From positions 1,966 through 65,965 of the forward strand of contig MGWK01000032.1 of the NCBI GenBank assembly GCA_001800975.1: a stretch of 64,000 nt of DNA, in the 5' to 3' direction. Under the pieces are notes generated by a model. It was given only the letters and a program-made list of their open reading frames with translations. It did no database searches and was not told where the DNA came from. This stretch comes from Flavobacteria bacterium RIFCSPLOWO2_12_FULL_35_11. Its GTDB lineage: Bacteria; Bacteroidota; Bacteroidia; Flavobacteriales; Flavobacteriaceae. The translations under genes and the position numbers were made by a program. Of the stretch, positions 9,172-18,539 are shown in pieces (within the stretch, counting starts at the first letter, position 1; every line of letters starts with the position of its first letter).

Positions 9172-10125
9172 ATGTCAGACGTTGCTGCATTAAAGGAATT
9201 GGTTGAAAAACATAAAGCGCTTAAACAAGAAATTGGGAAGGTGATTATTGGGCAAAATGAAGCCGTAGACCATATTTTAATTTCCATCTTATGCAGTGGC
9301 CATTCTTTGTTGATCGGCGTTCCCGGATTGGCCAAAACGTTAATGGTGCAAACAATTTCAGAAACGTTGGGACTCGATTTTAAAAGAATTCAATTTACGC
9401 CCGATTTAATGCCTTCCGATATTTTAGGAAGTGAGATTTTGGATGAAACAACCCATTTTAAGTTTTTAAAAGGCCCAATTTTCAGCAATATTATTTTGGC
9501 TGATGAGATCAACAGAACACCGCCAAAAACGCAAGCGGCTTTATTGGAGGCAATGCAGGAGCGGGCAGTAACGATTTCCGGACATCAACATAAATTGGAA
9601 AATCCTTTTTTTGTGTTGGCCACCCAAAACCCAATTGAGCAGGAGGGAACCTATCCGTTGCCGGAAGCACAGTTAGACCGATTTATGTTTTCCATAAATT
9701 TAGATTATCCAAGTTTTAATGAAGAAGTTGAAGTGGTTAAAAGCACCACCAACGATGTGAAAAAAGTAGTCAATACAATTCTTTCTGCCGATGAAATAAC
9801 AAATTTTCAGCGGTTAATCAGAAGAATTCCTGTGGCGGACAATGTGATTGAATATGCGGTGAGATTGGTGTCTAAAACGCGCCCTAATACGGACTATTCA
9901 ACCAAAATGGTAAATGACTACATAGAATGGGGCGCGGGGCCAAGAGCCTCTCAATTCTTAATTTTAGGGGCAAAAGCAAATGCCGCCGTAAATGAGAAAT
10001 ATTCCCCAGATATTGAAGATGTCCAGGCTGTGGCTTACTCAATATTACGCCATCGAATTGTGAGAAATTACAAAGCAGAAGCAGAAGGAATTAGCGAAAA
10101 ACAAATTATTGAATCCTTATTTTAG
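9172..10125 (+). CDS. MoxR family AAA+ ATPase
   Basis: GVPGLAKT, RIQFTPDLMPSDI, DEINRTPPKTQAALLEAMQE and ATQNPIEQEGTYPLPEAQLDRF motifs. Confidence 0.95.
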   Translation: MSDVAALKELVEKHKALKQEIGKVIIGQNEAVDHILISILCSGHSLLIGVPGLAKTLMVQTISETLGLDFKRIQFTPDLMPSDILGSEILDETTHFKFLKGPIFSNIILADEINRTPPKTQAALLEAMQERAVTISGHQHKLENPFFVLATQNPIEQEGTYPLPEAQLDRFMFSINLDYPSFNEEVEVVKSTTNDVKKVVNTILSADEITNFQRLIRRIPVADNVIEYAVRLVSKTRPNTDYSTKMVNDYIEWGAGPRASQFLILGAKANAAVNEKYSPDIEDVQAVAYSILRHRIVRNYKAEAEGISEKQIIESLF

Positions 10126-10670
10126 GCAATTTCTTTATTCTCAAAGAAACTGAACATATTTCCTCCGTATTTTTTTTGGTAACTTAAGTATTTGTGATTT
10201 TTAAAATCGGTTTGTTTGGAGTGCTCAACAACTAAAATACCTTCTTCGCTAAGCAATTTATTTTCAAAAACCAGCGCTACAATTTTCTCAAACAATTCTA
10301 GTTCAAACTCGTAGGGCGCATCAGCAAAAATAATGTCATATTTTGTATTGGCCTTTTCCAAAAACTTAAAAACATCACTTTTAATGGTCGTAATTGATAG
10401 ATCCAATGCTTTGGCCGTGGCATTTATAAATTGAATACACCCTGGATGTACATCAACGGCCGTAATATTTTCGGTGCCTCTCGATCCAAATTCATAGCTT
10501 ATATTTCCGGTTCCCGAAAATAAATCCAACACCGAAATATCATTAAAATAATACAAATTATTTAGAATGTTAAACAACGCCTCTTTGGCCATGTCAGTAG
10601 TTGGCCTTACAGGCAAGTTTTTAGGCGCCTGTATGCGTTTGCTTTTGTGTATTCCTGAAATAATGCGCAT
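10122..10670 (-). CDS. rsmD: 16S rRNA m2G966 methyltransferase RsmD
   Basis: MRIISG...RPTTDMAKEALFNIL, LDLFSGTGNISYE and FADAPY motifs. Confidence 0.93.
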   Translation of the reverse strand: MRIISGIHKSKRIQAPKNLPVRPTTDMAKEALFNILNNLYYFNDISVLDLFSGTGNISYEFGSRGTENITAVDVHPGCIQFINATAKALDLSITTIKSDVFKFLEKANTKYDIIFADAPYEFELELFEKIVALVFENKLLSEEGILVVEHSKQTDFKNHKYLSYQKKYGGNMFSFFENKEIA

Positions 10671-11516
10671 TTATTTAAATTGGTTTAATAAGGTAAAATG
10701 GGAATGGGAAGGGATTTCATTTAATTGTAAAGAAGCATTGTTTGGCTCATAAAACTTTATGTTTCTGATATATTGGTAAACAATGGCATAAAGTTCTGAT
10801 TCCTTTTCAATGTCGCCCATAAGGAACAATTCAAATTCTTCCGGATTTAAATTTAACTGCTCAGCGGTAAAAAGGATGTAATAAATAAAATCTTCTTTGG
10901 TGCTGAAGCTAAAAAAATTAAACAATTCCAGTTTTTTATTTTTGATGACAACAATTTCAAAATGTTTGCCAGTGACATTTACAAAGCAAAAACTGCCTTC
11001 TAAATTTTTGTATTGATTCAGCAAATTTTCAATCAATACCGTTGATGAGTGTTTGTAATCAAATGATTCATAAGTATCCAACAAAAAATTGTTAACATTA
11101 ACAAAAGGAATATACACATTTATTATTTCCGAATTGTCGAGTTCATCGTAGGCGATAAAATCATTTTCAAGAACTTTAATTGTATAATGTAAATATTGCG
11201 CTAAGTTATTTTTGTTGAATAATGGCTTTGGAACTTGGGTAACCAGATTGTTGAAATGTGTCACAAAAACCGACTTATAATTTAGTTGAAGCAGCTTTTC
11301 TCGGGCAAACATTTCTTTAACACACTCCAATTGTTTAAACGGAGAACCCGTGTTGTTCTCAAATTCATAAACGCCGAAAACGCCAATTTTATCTTGTGCT
11401 TTATTATAAACACAAAAAGAAAATCCATCCAAACTAAGTTGGATGGATAGATAGTTATCTTCTAGATTTAAAGAATCTAACTCGTTATTCTTTATCTTTT
11501 TTATCTCCTTTATCAT
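10671..11516 (-). CDS. DUF3822 family protein (likely start ATG 11516)
   Basis: LSIQLSLDGFSFC...LVP..LF...EDFIYYILF pattern; directly upstream of rsmD, as is typical in Bacteroidota. Confidence 0.85.
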   Translation of the reverse strand: MIKEIKKIKNNELDSLNLEDNYLSIQLSLDGFSFCVYNKAQDKIGVFGVYEFENNTGSPFKQLECVKEMFAREKLLQLNYKSVFVTHFNNLVTQVPKPLFNKNNLAQYLHYTIKVLENDFIAYDELDNSEIINVYIPFVNVNNFLLDTYESFDYKHSSTVLIENLLNQYKNLEGSFCFVNVTGKHFEIVVIKNKKLELFNFFSFSTKEDFIYYILFTAEQLNLNPEEFELFLMGDIEKESELYAIVYQYIRNIKFYEPNNASLQLNEIPSHSHFTLLNQFK

Positions 11517-12216
11517 AAAATGGAGGCCAGTTACCGTCCTCGCTAACATCGGTTAATGAACCTACTCTGACAAATTCACCTCTAATTTCTTCACCGCCAA
11601 TGGCTTCTTTTTCTTGTTTTACAAGATTCTCATCCATACCGGCCAAAATTAGGGTTTTATCTACCTTCACTTCAAATACAGGCGCTTTTAATCCCACTAT
11701 TTTTTCAACTTCACCAATCTCAATTTTAAATGTTTGATCAGTTCCTGGGATTTTCATCATGTTTTTATAATCTTTTCCGGCAAAAGAATTTTTCACATCT
11801 TCAAAACCAATGGTGTCTACAACCCTTTCTTCAATTTCTTTTGTGATTCCTCCACCAAGCGTAACCGTTTTTGGAACGTATCTGGTTTGGGTTAATGCAA
11901 ATTTTGCAGTTTCAATAAAATTAATAAGTTCTTCGCCGCTAGTGGTATATTTACCATTTACAGTTTTGTAGGCAACTTCGGCATCACGAATGATTTTCAG
12001 ATTGTTGATTACTTTAGCGTACTTAGCCTTTTTCTCTGTATTGAATTTTATAGGTTTTGTAATTTCAAAATTAATTTTATAAATTAAAAAAATTGAAATA
12101 AGAATTAATGCTGTTGAAAGTATCCAGTGCCATTTTCTAGGGATATAATTTACAATTGCATAGGCTAAAAAAGCGGTAACTACAATACCAACTATTATAA
12201 TCAAAACTGTTGTCAT
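11485..12216 (-). CDS. Conserved membrane-anchored hypothetical protein (likely start ATG 12216)
   Basis: Two N-terminal hydrophobic segments, then a soluble domain ending VGSL......GNWP..YD; overlaps the DUF3822 start by 32 nt. Confidence 0.8.
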   Translation of the reverse strand: MTTVLIIIVGIVVTAFLAYAIVNYIPRKWHWILSTALILISIFLIYKINFEITKPIKFNTEKKAKYAKVINNLKIIRDAEVAYKTVNGKYTTSGEELINFIETAKFALTQTRYVPKTVTLGGGITKEIEERVVDTIGFEDVKNSFAGKDYKNMMKIPGTDQTFKIEIGEVEKIVGLKAPVFEVKVDKTLILAGMDENLVKQEKEAIGGEEIRGEFVRVGSLTDVSEDGNWPPFYDKGDKKDKE

Positions 12217-12322
12217 TTGCGTATTTGTTTTTTTTATGTGTTTAGGCAAATCTACAAATTTTTTTTAATGCGAAAAATTTTTAAGCATAAATCAATTTGT
12301 ATATTTGGTTTTTATTTTAAAT

Positions 12323-13750
12323 ATGACAAAAACAGCACATGAATTTTATGTTAATCTGGTTGAAAAATTTCCATTTGAACCCACAAATTCCCAAAATTTA
12401 TTACTTACAAAACTTACGGATTTTATTCTTGACACCAATAATGATGCTTTATTTATTATAAAAGGCTATGCCGGAACAGGCAAAACTACGACTATTAGTA
12501 CCGTGGTGAATAATTTGTGGCGGATTGGTAAAAAGGCGGTTTTGCTAGCTCCAACAGGAAGAGCCGCCAAAGTTATATCAGGATATTCCAACAAACAGGC
12601 TTTTACGATACATAAAAAAATATATTATCCGAAAAAAAATAAATCGGGTAGCGTAGATTTTACCCTGCAAACAAACAAACATTCAAACACGATATTTTTT
12701 GTTGATGAAGCTTCTATGATTTCCGATTCGCCAGTTGGCGCAAAATTGTTTGAAACAGGTTCTTTATTAGATGATTTAATCTCTTATGTTTACTCAGGCG
12801 TACATTGTAAACTGGTTTTAATTGGCGATACGGCCCAATTGCCTCCGGTAAAACTGGCGATTAGTCCGGCCTTGGACGCTGATAAGCTCACGCTAAATTA
12901 CAAAAAGGAGGTGGTTGAAATTGAATTAAGTGAGGTGATGCGTCAACATGCCGATTCAGGGATTTTGATAAACGCTACGGAATTAAGGCTAATTATCGCA
13001 AATGAAGGTTTTGCTGATTTTCAGTTTCAATTGGGATATCCTGATTTAATTCGGCTAATTGACGGCTATGATATTGAAGACGCAATAAATACCGCCTATA
13101 CAAATATTGGCGTGGAAGATACCACTTTTATTGTGCGGTCAAACAAACGTGCCAACCAGTACAACCAGCAAATTAGAAGTAAAATTCGCGGACAGGAAAA
13201 TGAAATTTCATCAGGCGATTATATTATGGTGGTTAAAAACAATTATTTTTGGCTGGAAGAGACAAGCGAAGCCGGATTTATTGCCAATGGAGATATTTGT
13301 GAAATATTGGAAATTTTCAGCATTAAAGAATTGTATGGTTTCAGGTTTGCGGAAGTAAAAATCAGAATGATCGATTATCCGGATCAGAAACCATTTGAAA
13401 CTGTATTGTTATTGGATACCCTAACTTCTGAATCGCCTTCACTTTCCTATGAAGAATCTAACCGGTTGTACCATGAAGTCGCCAAAGATTTTGCACAGGA
13501 AAAATCCAAATACAAACAGTTGTTGGCCATTAAAAACAGCAGCTACTTCAATGCGCTGCAAATTAAATTCGCCTATGCCGTTACTTGCCATAAATCGCAG
13601 GGCGGGCAATGGAAAACGGTTTTTATTGAACAGCCCTATTTGCCCGAAGGACAAAATATTGAGTATCTAAGATGGCTGTACACCGCAGTTACAAGAGCCC
13701 AGGAAAAAGTGTATTTAATCGGATTCACCGATGCATTTTTTAATGATTAA
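12323..13750 (+). CDS. RecD-like ATP-dependent helicase (SF1)
   Basis: GYAGTGKTT, LAPTGRAAK, VDEASMI, IGDTAQLPPV, YAVTCHKSQG and YTAVTRA motifs. Confidence 0.9.
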   Translation: MTKTAHEFYVNLVEKFPFEPTNSQNLLLTKLTDFILDTNNDALFIIKGYAGTGKTTTISTVVNNLWRIGKKAVLLAPTGRAAKVISGYSNKQAFTIHKKIYYPKKNKSGSVDFTLQTNKHSNTIFFVDEASMISDSPVGAKLFETGSLLDDLISYVYSGVHCKLVLIGDTAQLPPVKLAISPALDADKLTLNYKKEVVEIELSEVMRQHADSGILINATELRLIIANEGFADFQFQLGYPDLIRLIDGYDIEDAINTAYTNIGVEDTTFIVRSNKRANQYNQQIRSKIRGQENEISSGDYIMVVKNNYFWLEETSEAGFIANGDICEILEIFSIKELYGFRFAEVKIRMIDYPDQKPFETVLLLDTLTSESPSLSYEESNRLYHEVAKDFAQEKSKYKQLLAIKNSSYFNALQIKFAYAVTCHKSQGGQWKTVFIEQPYLPEGQNIEYLRWLYTAVTRAQEKVYLIGFTDAFFND

Positions 13751-13881
13751 AAAGCCGTAAAATCAAAAAATTATTCCAAGTAACTTATGTTTCTTAGCGT
13801 CTAATTCCAAAAACATTTTTTGCAATTGTATTTGTTACCCGTCCAAATTGATTATTTTTGCAAATTATTGAAATTATTTAG

Positions 13882-15948
13882 ATGACGAAGAAAATTATAT
13901 TGCCCCCAAAAGCGAAAAAGATCGAGATGAAGCTTGAAATTCATGGGGATGTAAGAATTGACAATTATTATTGGTTAAATGATCGGGAAAACCCAGAGGT
14001 AATAGATTATTTACATACCGAAAATTCCTATTATGAAGCAAAAACTGTTCATACAAAGCAATTTCAGGAAGATTTATTTCAGGAGATGAAATCTCGCATG
14101 AAGGAAGATGATGAGTCGGTACCCTATAAAAAAAACAACTACTATTATATCACCCGATTTGAAAAAGGGAGCCAATACCCAATCTATTCGCGTAAAAAAG
14201 AAAGTTTAGAAGCACAAGAGCAAATTTTGTTCGATGTGAATGAACTTGGAAAAGGATTTACCTATTTTAAATTATCTGGTCTTTCCATAAGCCGAAATAA
14301 CGAATTGGCCTTATTTGGCGTAGATAAAGTAGGCAGAAGACAATATACATTGCAATTTAAAAATCTGGAAACCGGCGAATTGTTTCCTGAAAAAATTGAA
14401 AACACCACCGGAAGCGGAACTTGGGCAAATGACAATAAAACAGTTTTTTATACCCATCAAAACCCAAAAACTTTAAGGAGCGAAAAAATATTTCGTCATA
14501 TTTTAGGTACAGATCCTTCAGAAGATATTGAAGTCTATGTTGAAAAAAACAGGGCATTTAATACTTTTGTTTACGGCACTAAATCCGAAAAATATATTAT
14601 TATTGGTTCTTACAGCACGGTTTCATCTGAATATCGCATTTTGGAAGCGGATAATCCGACAGGAGAATTCAGAATATTTCAACCAAGAGAGCGCTATCAT
14701 GAGTATGATATTGCGCATTACGACGGAAATTTTTACATACTCACCAATAAGGACAAAGCCACCAATTTTAAATTAATGAAAACGCCAGAAATGGCAACTT
14801 CAAAAGAAAATTGGGTAGAAGTAATTCCGCACAGAGAAGATGTTATGTTGGAGGATATTTCAATTTTTAAAGATTTCTTGGTGGTTGAAGAACGTTCAAA
14901 CGGATTAAATAAAATCAGAATTATTCGTTGGGACCAAACCGAAGATTTTTACCTTCCTTTTGAGGAGGAAACTTATTCCGCAGGTGTTTATAACAACCCC
15001 GAATTTGACACCAATATTATCCGTTACGGATATAATTCAATGACGACCCCAAGTTCAATTATAGATTTTGATGTAGTTTCAAAAAGCAAAGAAATAAAAA
15101 AGGAACAGGAAGTTTTGGGAGGAAAGTTTGATAAAAACAATTACAAAAGTGAACGTTTATGGGCAACAGCCCAAGATGGAACTAAAATTCCAATATCATT
15201 GGTGCATCATATAAACACGCCATTAACCAAAGACACGCCGTTACTATTGTACGGATATGGTTCATACGGGCATTCTATTGATGCCGGATTCAGCACAACC
15301 CGATTAAGTTTATTGGATAGAGGCTTTGTTTTTGCAATTGCCCACGTAAGAGGAGGCGAATATTTAGGCCGTAAATGGTACGAAAAAGGGAAATTATTGC
15401 ATAAAAAAAATACTTTCACAGATTTTATTGATTGTGCGAAATTTTTAATTGAAAAAGAATATACCTCAAGCGCACATTTATATGCAAGTGGCGGTTCTGC
15501 AGGCGGATTATTGGTGGGAACTGTTATTAATATGGATCCTGAATTGTTTAATGGAATCATCGCGGCGGTGCCTTTTGTCGATATTTTGACCACAATGTTG
15601 GATGATAGCTTACCGCTGACCACCGGAGAATATGATGAATGGGGAAATCCGAATAAAAAGGCTTATTATGATTATATGAAATCATATTCGCCTTATGACA
15701 ATGTTTCTAAGCAAAAATATCCTAATATGTTGGTTACAACGGGTCTGCATGATTCACAAGTTCAATATTTTGAACCTGCAAAATGGGTTGCGAAACTGAG
15801 AGAATTAAAAATTGATAAAAATATTTTATTGATGCATATTGATATGGAAGCGGGTCACGGCGGGGCTTCAGGGCGATTTGATTCCCTCAAAGAAACGGCA
15901 CGAGACTATAGTTTTGTGATTGATTTGGAAGGAAGAACAAAAATTTAA
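13882..15948 (+). CDS. ptrB: Oligopeptidase B (S9A)
   Basis: HGDVRIDNYYWL, GGSAGG nucleophile, HDSQVQYFEPAKW and AGHGG motifs. Confidence 0.93.
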   Translation: MTKKIILPPKAKKIEMKLEIHGDVRIDNYYWLNDRENPEVIDYLHTENSYYEAKTVHTKQFQEDLFQEMKSRMKEDDESVPYKKNNYYYITRFEKGSQYPIYSRKKESLEAQEQILFDVNELGKGFTYFKLSGLSISRNNELALFGVDKVGRRQYTLQFKNLETGELFPEKIENTTGSGTWANDNKTVFYTHQNPKTLRSEKIFRHILGTDPSEDIEVYVEKNRAFNTFVYGTKSEKYIIIGSYSTVSSEYRILEADNPTGEFRIFQPRERYHEYDIAHYDGNFYILTNKDKATNFKLMKTPEMATSKENWVEVIPHREDVMLEDISIFKDFLVVEERSNGLNKIRIIRWDQTEDFYLPFEEETYSAGVYNNPEFDTNIIRYGYNSMTTPSSIIDFDVVSKSKEIKKEQEVLGGKFDKNNYKSERLWATAQDGTKIPISLVHHINTPLTKDTPLLLYGYGSYGHSIDAGFSTTRLSLLDRGFVFAIAHVRGGEYLGRKWYEKGKLLHKKNTFTDFIDCAKFLIEKEYTSSAHLYASGGSAGGLLVGTVINMDPELFNGIIAAVPFVDILTTMLDDSLPLTTGEYDEWGNPNKKAYYDYMKSYSPYDNVSKQKYPNMLVTTGLHDSQVQYFEPAKWVAKLRELKIDKNILLMHIDMEAGHGGASGRFDSLKETARDYSFVIDLEGRTKI

Positions 15949-16030
15949 AAAAAATTATTAAATTTGCACATTAGATTATTATTCATAAATTCGTATTTGA
16001 AAATATTATATCTGAATTAAATTTTAAAAA

Positions 16031-17068
16031 ATGGCAGAAAATATAGGTATAAGTAACAATATTTTAGACCTAATTGGTAACACTCCCTTAATTAAGTTAA
16101 ACAAAATCACCAAAGACCTTCCTGGCACTTATTATGTAAAGTATGAAGGATTTAATCCTGGACATTCTATGAAAGATAGGATTGCCGTTCATATTATTGA
16201 AGAAGCTGAGAAACAGGGGATATTAAAACCAGGCAGTACAATTATTGAAACAACCTCTGGCAATACAGGGTTTAGCCTTGCGATGGTTAGTGTTATAAAA
16301 GGCTATAATTGTATTTTGGCAGTTAGTTCTAAAGCTTCAGCAGGAAAAATAAATATGTTGAAAGCGATGGGCGCTAAAGTGTATGTTTGTCCAGCGCATG
16401 TTGATGCGGACGATCCCCGTTCATATTATCAAGTTGCCAAAAGGTTGCATGCAGAAACTGCAAATTCCGTTTACATCAATCAGTATTTCAACAAATTAAA
16501 TGTTGATGCACATTACAGTTCAACCGGACCGGAAATTTGGAAACAAACCAATGGCGAGATTACACATTTGGTTGCTGCAAGTGGTACAGGTGGAACAATT
16601 TCAGGTGTTTCCAGATATTTAAAGGAACAAAATCCTAAAATCAAAACATTGGGCGTTGATGCCTTCGGATCGATTTTAAAGAAATTTAAGGAAACTGGTG
16701 AGTTCGATAAAAATGAAATTTATCCTTACAGAATTGAAGGGTTGGGAAAAAATTTAATTCCGACCGCAACTGATTTTGATTCCATAGACGTTTTTGAAAA
16801 AGTGACAGATGAAGCAGCAGCCCATCGCGCCAGAGAACTTACTTTAACAGAAGGTTTGTTTACAGGATATACAAGTGGTGCTGTTATGCAGGCAACTATG
16901 CAATATGCAGAGCAAGGAATGTTTGATGAAAATTCTAAAGTAGTCTTAATTTTACCAGATCACGGTTCTCGTTATATGGAAAAAATTTATAGCGATGAAT
17001 GGATGAAAGAACAAGGCTTTTTTGATTCAGAAAAACAAGCGCTCGCTGTAGTTGAGTATATTAAGTAA
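16031..17068 (+). CDS. capA: PLP-dependent cysteine-synthase-family enzyme, probable cysteate synthase (CapA-type)
   Basis: [15 protein letters not shown] (PLP Lys), ETTSGNTG and GTGGT motifs; adjacent to a cysteate-acyltransferase-like gene. Fold is certain, substrate is inferred. Confidence 0.65.
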   Translation: MAENIGISNNILDLIGNTPLIKLNKITKDLPGTYYVKYEGFNPGHSMKDRIAVHIIEEAEKQGILKPGSTIIETTSGNTGFSLAMVSVIKGYNCILAVSSKASAGKINMLKAMGAKVYVCPAHVDADDPRSYYQVAKRLHAETANSVYINQYFNKLNVDAHYSSTGPEIWKQTNGEITHLVAASGTGGTISGVSRYLKEQNPKIKTLGVDAFGSILKKFKETGEFDKNEIYPYRIEGLGKNLIPTATDFDSIDVFEKVTDEAAAHRARELTLTEGLFTGYTSGAVMQATMQYAEQGMFDENSKVVLILPDHGSRYMEKIYSDEWMKEQGFFDSEKQALAVVEYIK

Positions 17069-17075
17069 GTTATAA

Positions 17076-17129
17076 ATGAAACAAAAAAAGGGTTTAAAAA
17101 TTAATTTTTAAACCCTTTTTTTGTTTCAT
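17076..17129. terminator. 54-bp perfect palindrome / bidirectional terminator
   Basis: ATGAAACAAAAAAAGGGTTTAAAAATT|AATTTTTAAACCCTTTTTTTGTTTCAT. Confidence 0.85.
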
Positions 17130-17217
17130 AACATTTGAATAGCAAAAAAAAAATCACTTACTTTGTACCCTTAAAAATGTAATTAGGATAAATACATTTT
17201 ACACAAAAAAACACATA

Positions 17218-18468
17218 ATGAAAGATTTATTTGAAAGAATTGTAAACGATAAAGGTCCATTAGGAAAATGGGCTGAACAAGCCGAGGGATACTACGTTTT
17301 TCCTAAGTTAGAAGGTGAAATCTCCAATAGAATGACTTTCAACGGCAAAAATGTAATTACCTGGAGTATTAATGATTATCTCGGATTGGCAAATCACCCG
17401 GAAGTTAGAAAAGTTGATGCTGAAGCAGCTGCACAATATGGTATGGCTTACCCTATGGGCGCAAGAATGATGTCGGGTCACACAAAATACCACGAACAAT
17501 TAGAAAGAGAATTGGCAGAGTTTGAAAATAAAGAAGCTGCCTATTTAGTGAATTTCGGTTATCAGGGTATGGTATCTGCAATTGACGCTTTGGTTACCAA
17601 AAACGATGTTATTGTATATGATATGGATGCGCATGCATGCATTATAGATGGTGTTAGACTTCATCCCGGAAAAAGATTTACTTTTCAACATAACAATATA
17701 GAAAGTTTAGAAAAAAACCTGCAAAGAGCCACAAAAATTGCTGATGAAACCAATGGCGGTATTTTAGTTATCTCTGAAGGTGTTTTCGGAATGCGCGGTG
17801 AACAAGGGAAATTGAAAGAAATTGTAGCGCTTAAAGAAAAATATAACTTTAGATTTTTAGTTGATGACGCTCACGGATTCGGAACTCAAGGTGAAAACGG
17901 AAAAGGTACAGGTTTTGAACAAGGAGTGCAAGATGGCATAGATGTATATTTTGCAACATTTGCAAAATCTATGGCTGGTTTTGGAGCATTCTTCGCTGCA
18001 AATAAAGATATTATTCAGTATTTAAAATACAATATGCGTTCACAAATGTTCGCAAAATCTTTGCCAATGCCTATGGTTATAGGTGCTTTAAAACGTTTAG
18101 ATATGCTTAGAACCATGCCAGAACTTAAAGAAAAGTTATGGGAAAATGTTCATGCGCTTCAAAATGGTTTAAAAGACCAAGGTTTTAATATTGGAAAAAC
18201 AAATACTTGTGTTACTCCTGTATTTTTAGAAGGTGATATTCCTGAAGCAATGGCTATGGTAAATGACTTACGTGAAAATTATGGAATATTTTGTTCCATT
18301 GTAGTTTATCCCGTAATTCCAAAAGGATTGATTATTCTAAGATTGATACCAACTGCAACACATAATTTAGAAGATGTTAAAGTAACTATCGAAGCTTTTT
18401 CGGCGATCCGTTCTAAACTTGAAAGCGGTATTTATAAGCGCATTGCCGCCTCCATGATGGCGCAGTAA
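17218..18468 (+). CDS. capB: Alpha-oxoamine synthase family enzyme, probable cysteate-C-fatty acyltransferase (CapB/SulA-type)
   Basis: NDYLGL, DDAHG, TFAKS (PLP Lys250) and a second Lys280 in RSQMFAKS, where serine palmitoyltransferases/BioF usually have no basic residue. Confidence 0.7.
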   Translation: MKDLFERIVNDKGPLGKWAEQAEGYYVFPKLEGEISNRMTFNGKNVITWSINDYLGLANHPEVRKVDAEAAAQYGMAYPMGARMMSGHTKYHEQLERELAEFENKEAAYLVNFGYQGMVSAIDALVTKNDVIVYDMDAHACIIDGVRLHPGKRFTFQHNNIESLEKNLQRATKIADETNGGILVISEGVFGMRGEQGKLKEIVALKEKYNFRFLVDDAHGFGTQGENGKGTGFEQGVQDGIDVYFATFAKSMAGFGAFFAANKDIIQYLKYNMRSQMFAKSLPMPMVIGALKRLDMLRTMPELKEKLWENVHALQNGLKDQGFNIGKTNTCVTPVFLEGDIPEAMAMVNDLRENYGIFCSIVVYPVIPKGLIILRLIPTATHNLEDVKVTIEAFSAIRSKLESGIYKRIAASMMAQ

Positions 18469-18481
18469 ACAAAAAGCATTA

Positions 18482-18529
18482 TTCATAAAAAAAGCCTTTT
18501 AGATTAATCTAAAAGGCTTTTTTTATGAA
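18482..18529. terminator. 48-bp perfect palindrome / bidirectional terminator between convergent genes
   Basis: TTCATAAAAAAAGCCTTTTAGATT|AATCTAAAAGGCTTTTTTTATGAA. Confidence 0.88.
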
Positions 18530-18539
18530 GGGCAATTAA

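Noticed and set aside
17218-18468. Annotation as BioF or serine palmitoyltransferase
   Set aside because: No bio genes nearby; the extra Lys280 and the adjacent cysteate-synthase-like gene fit CapB better.
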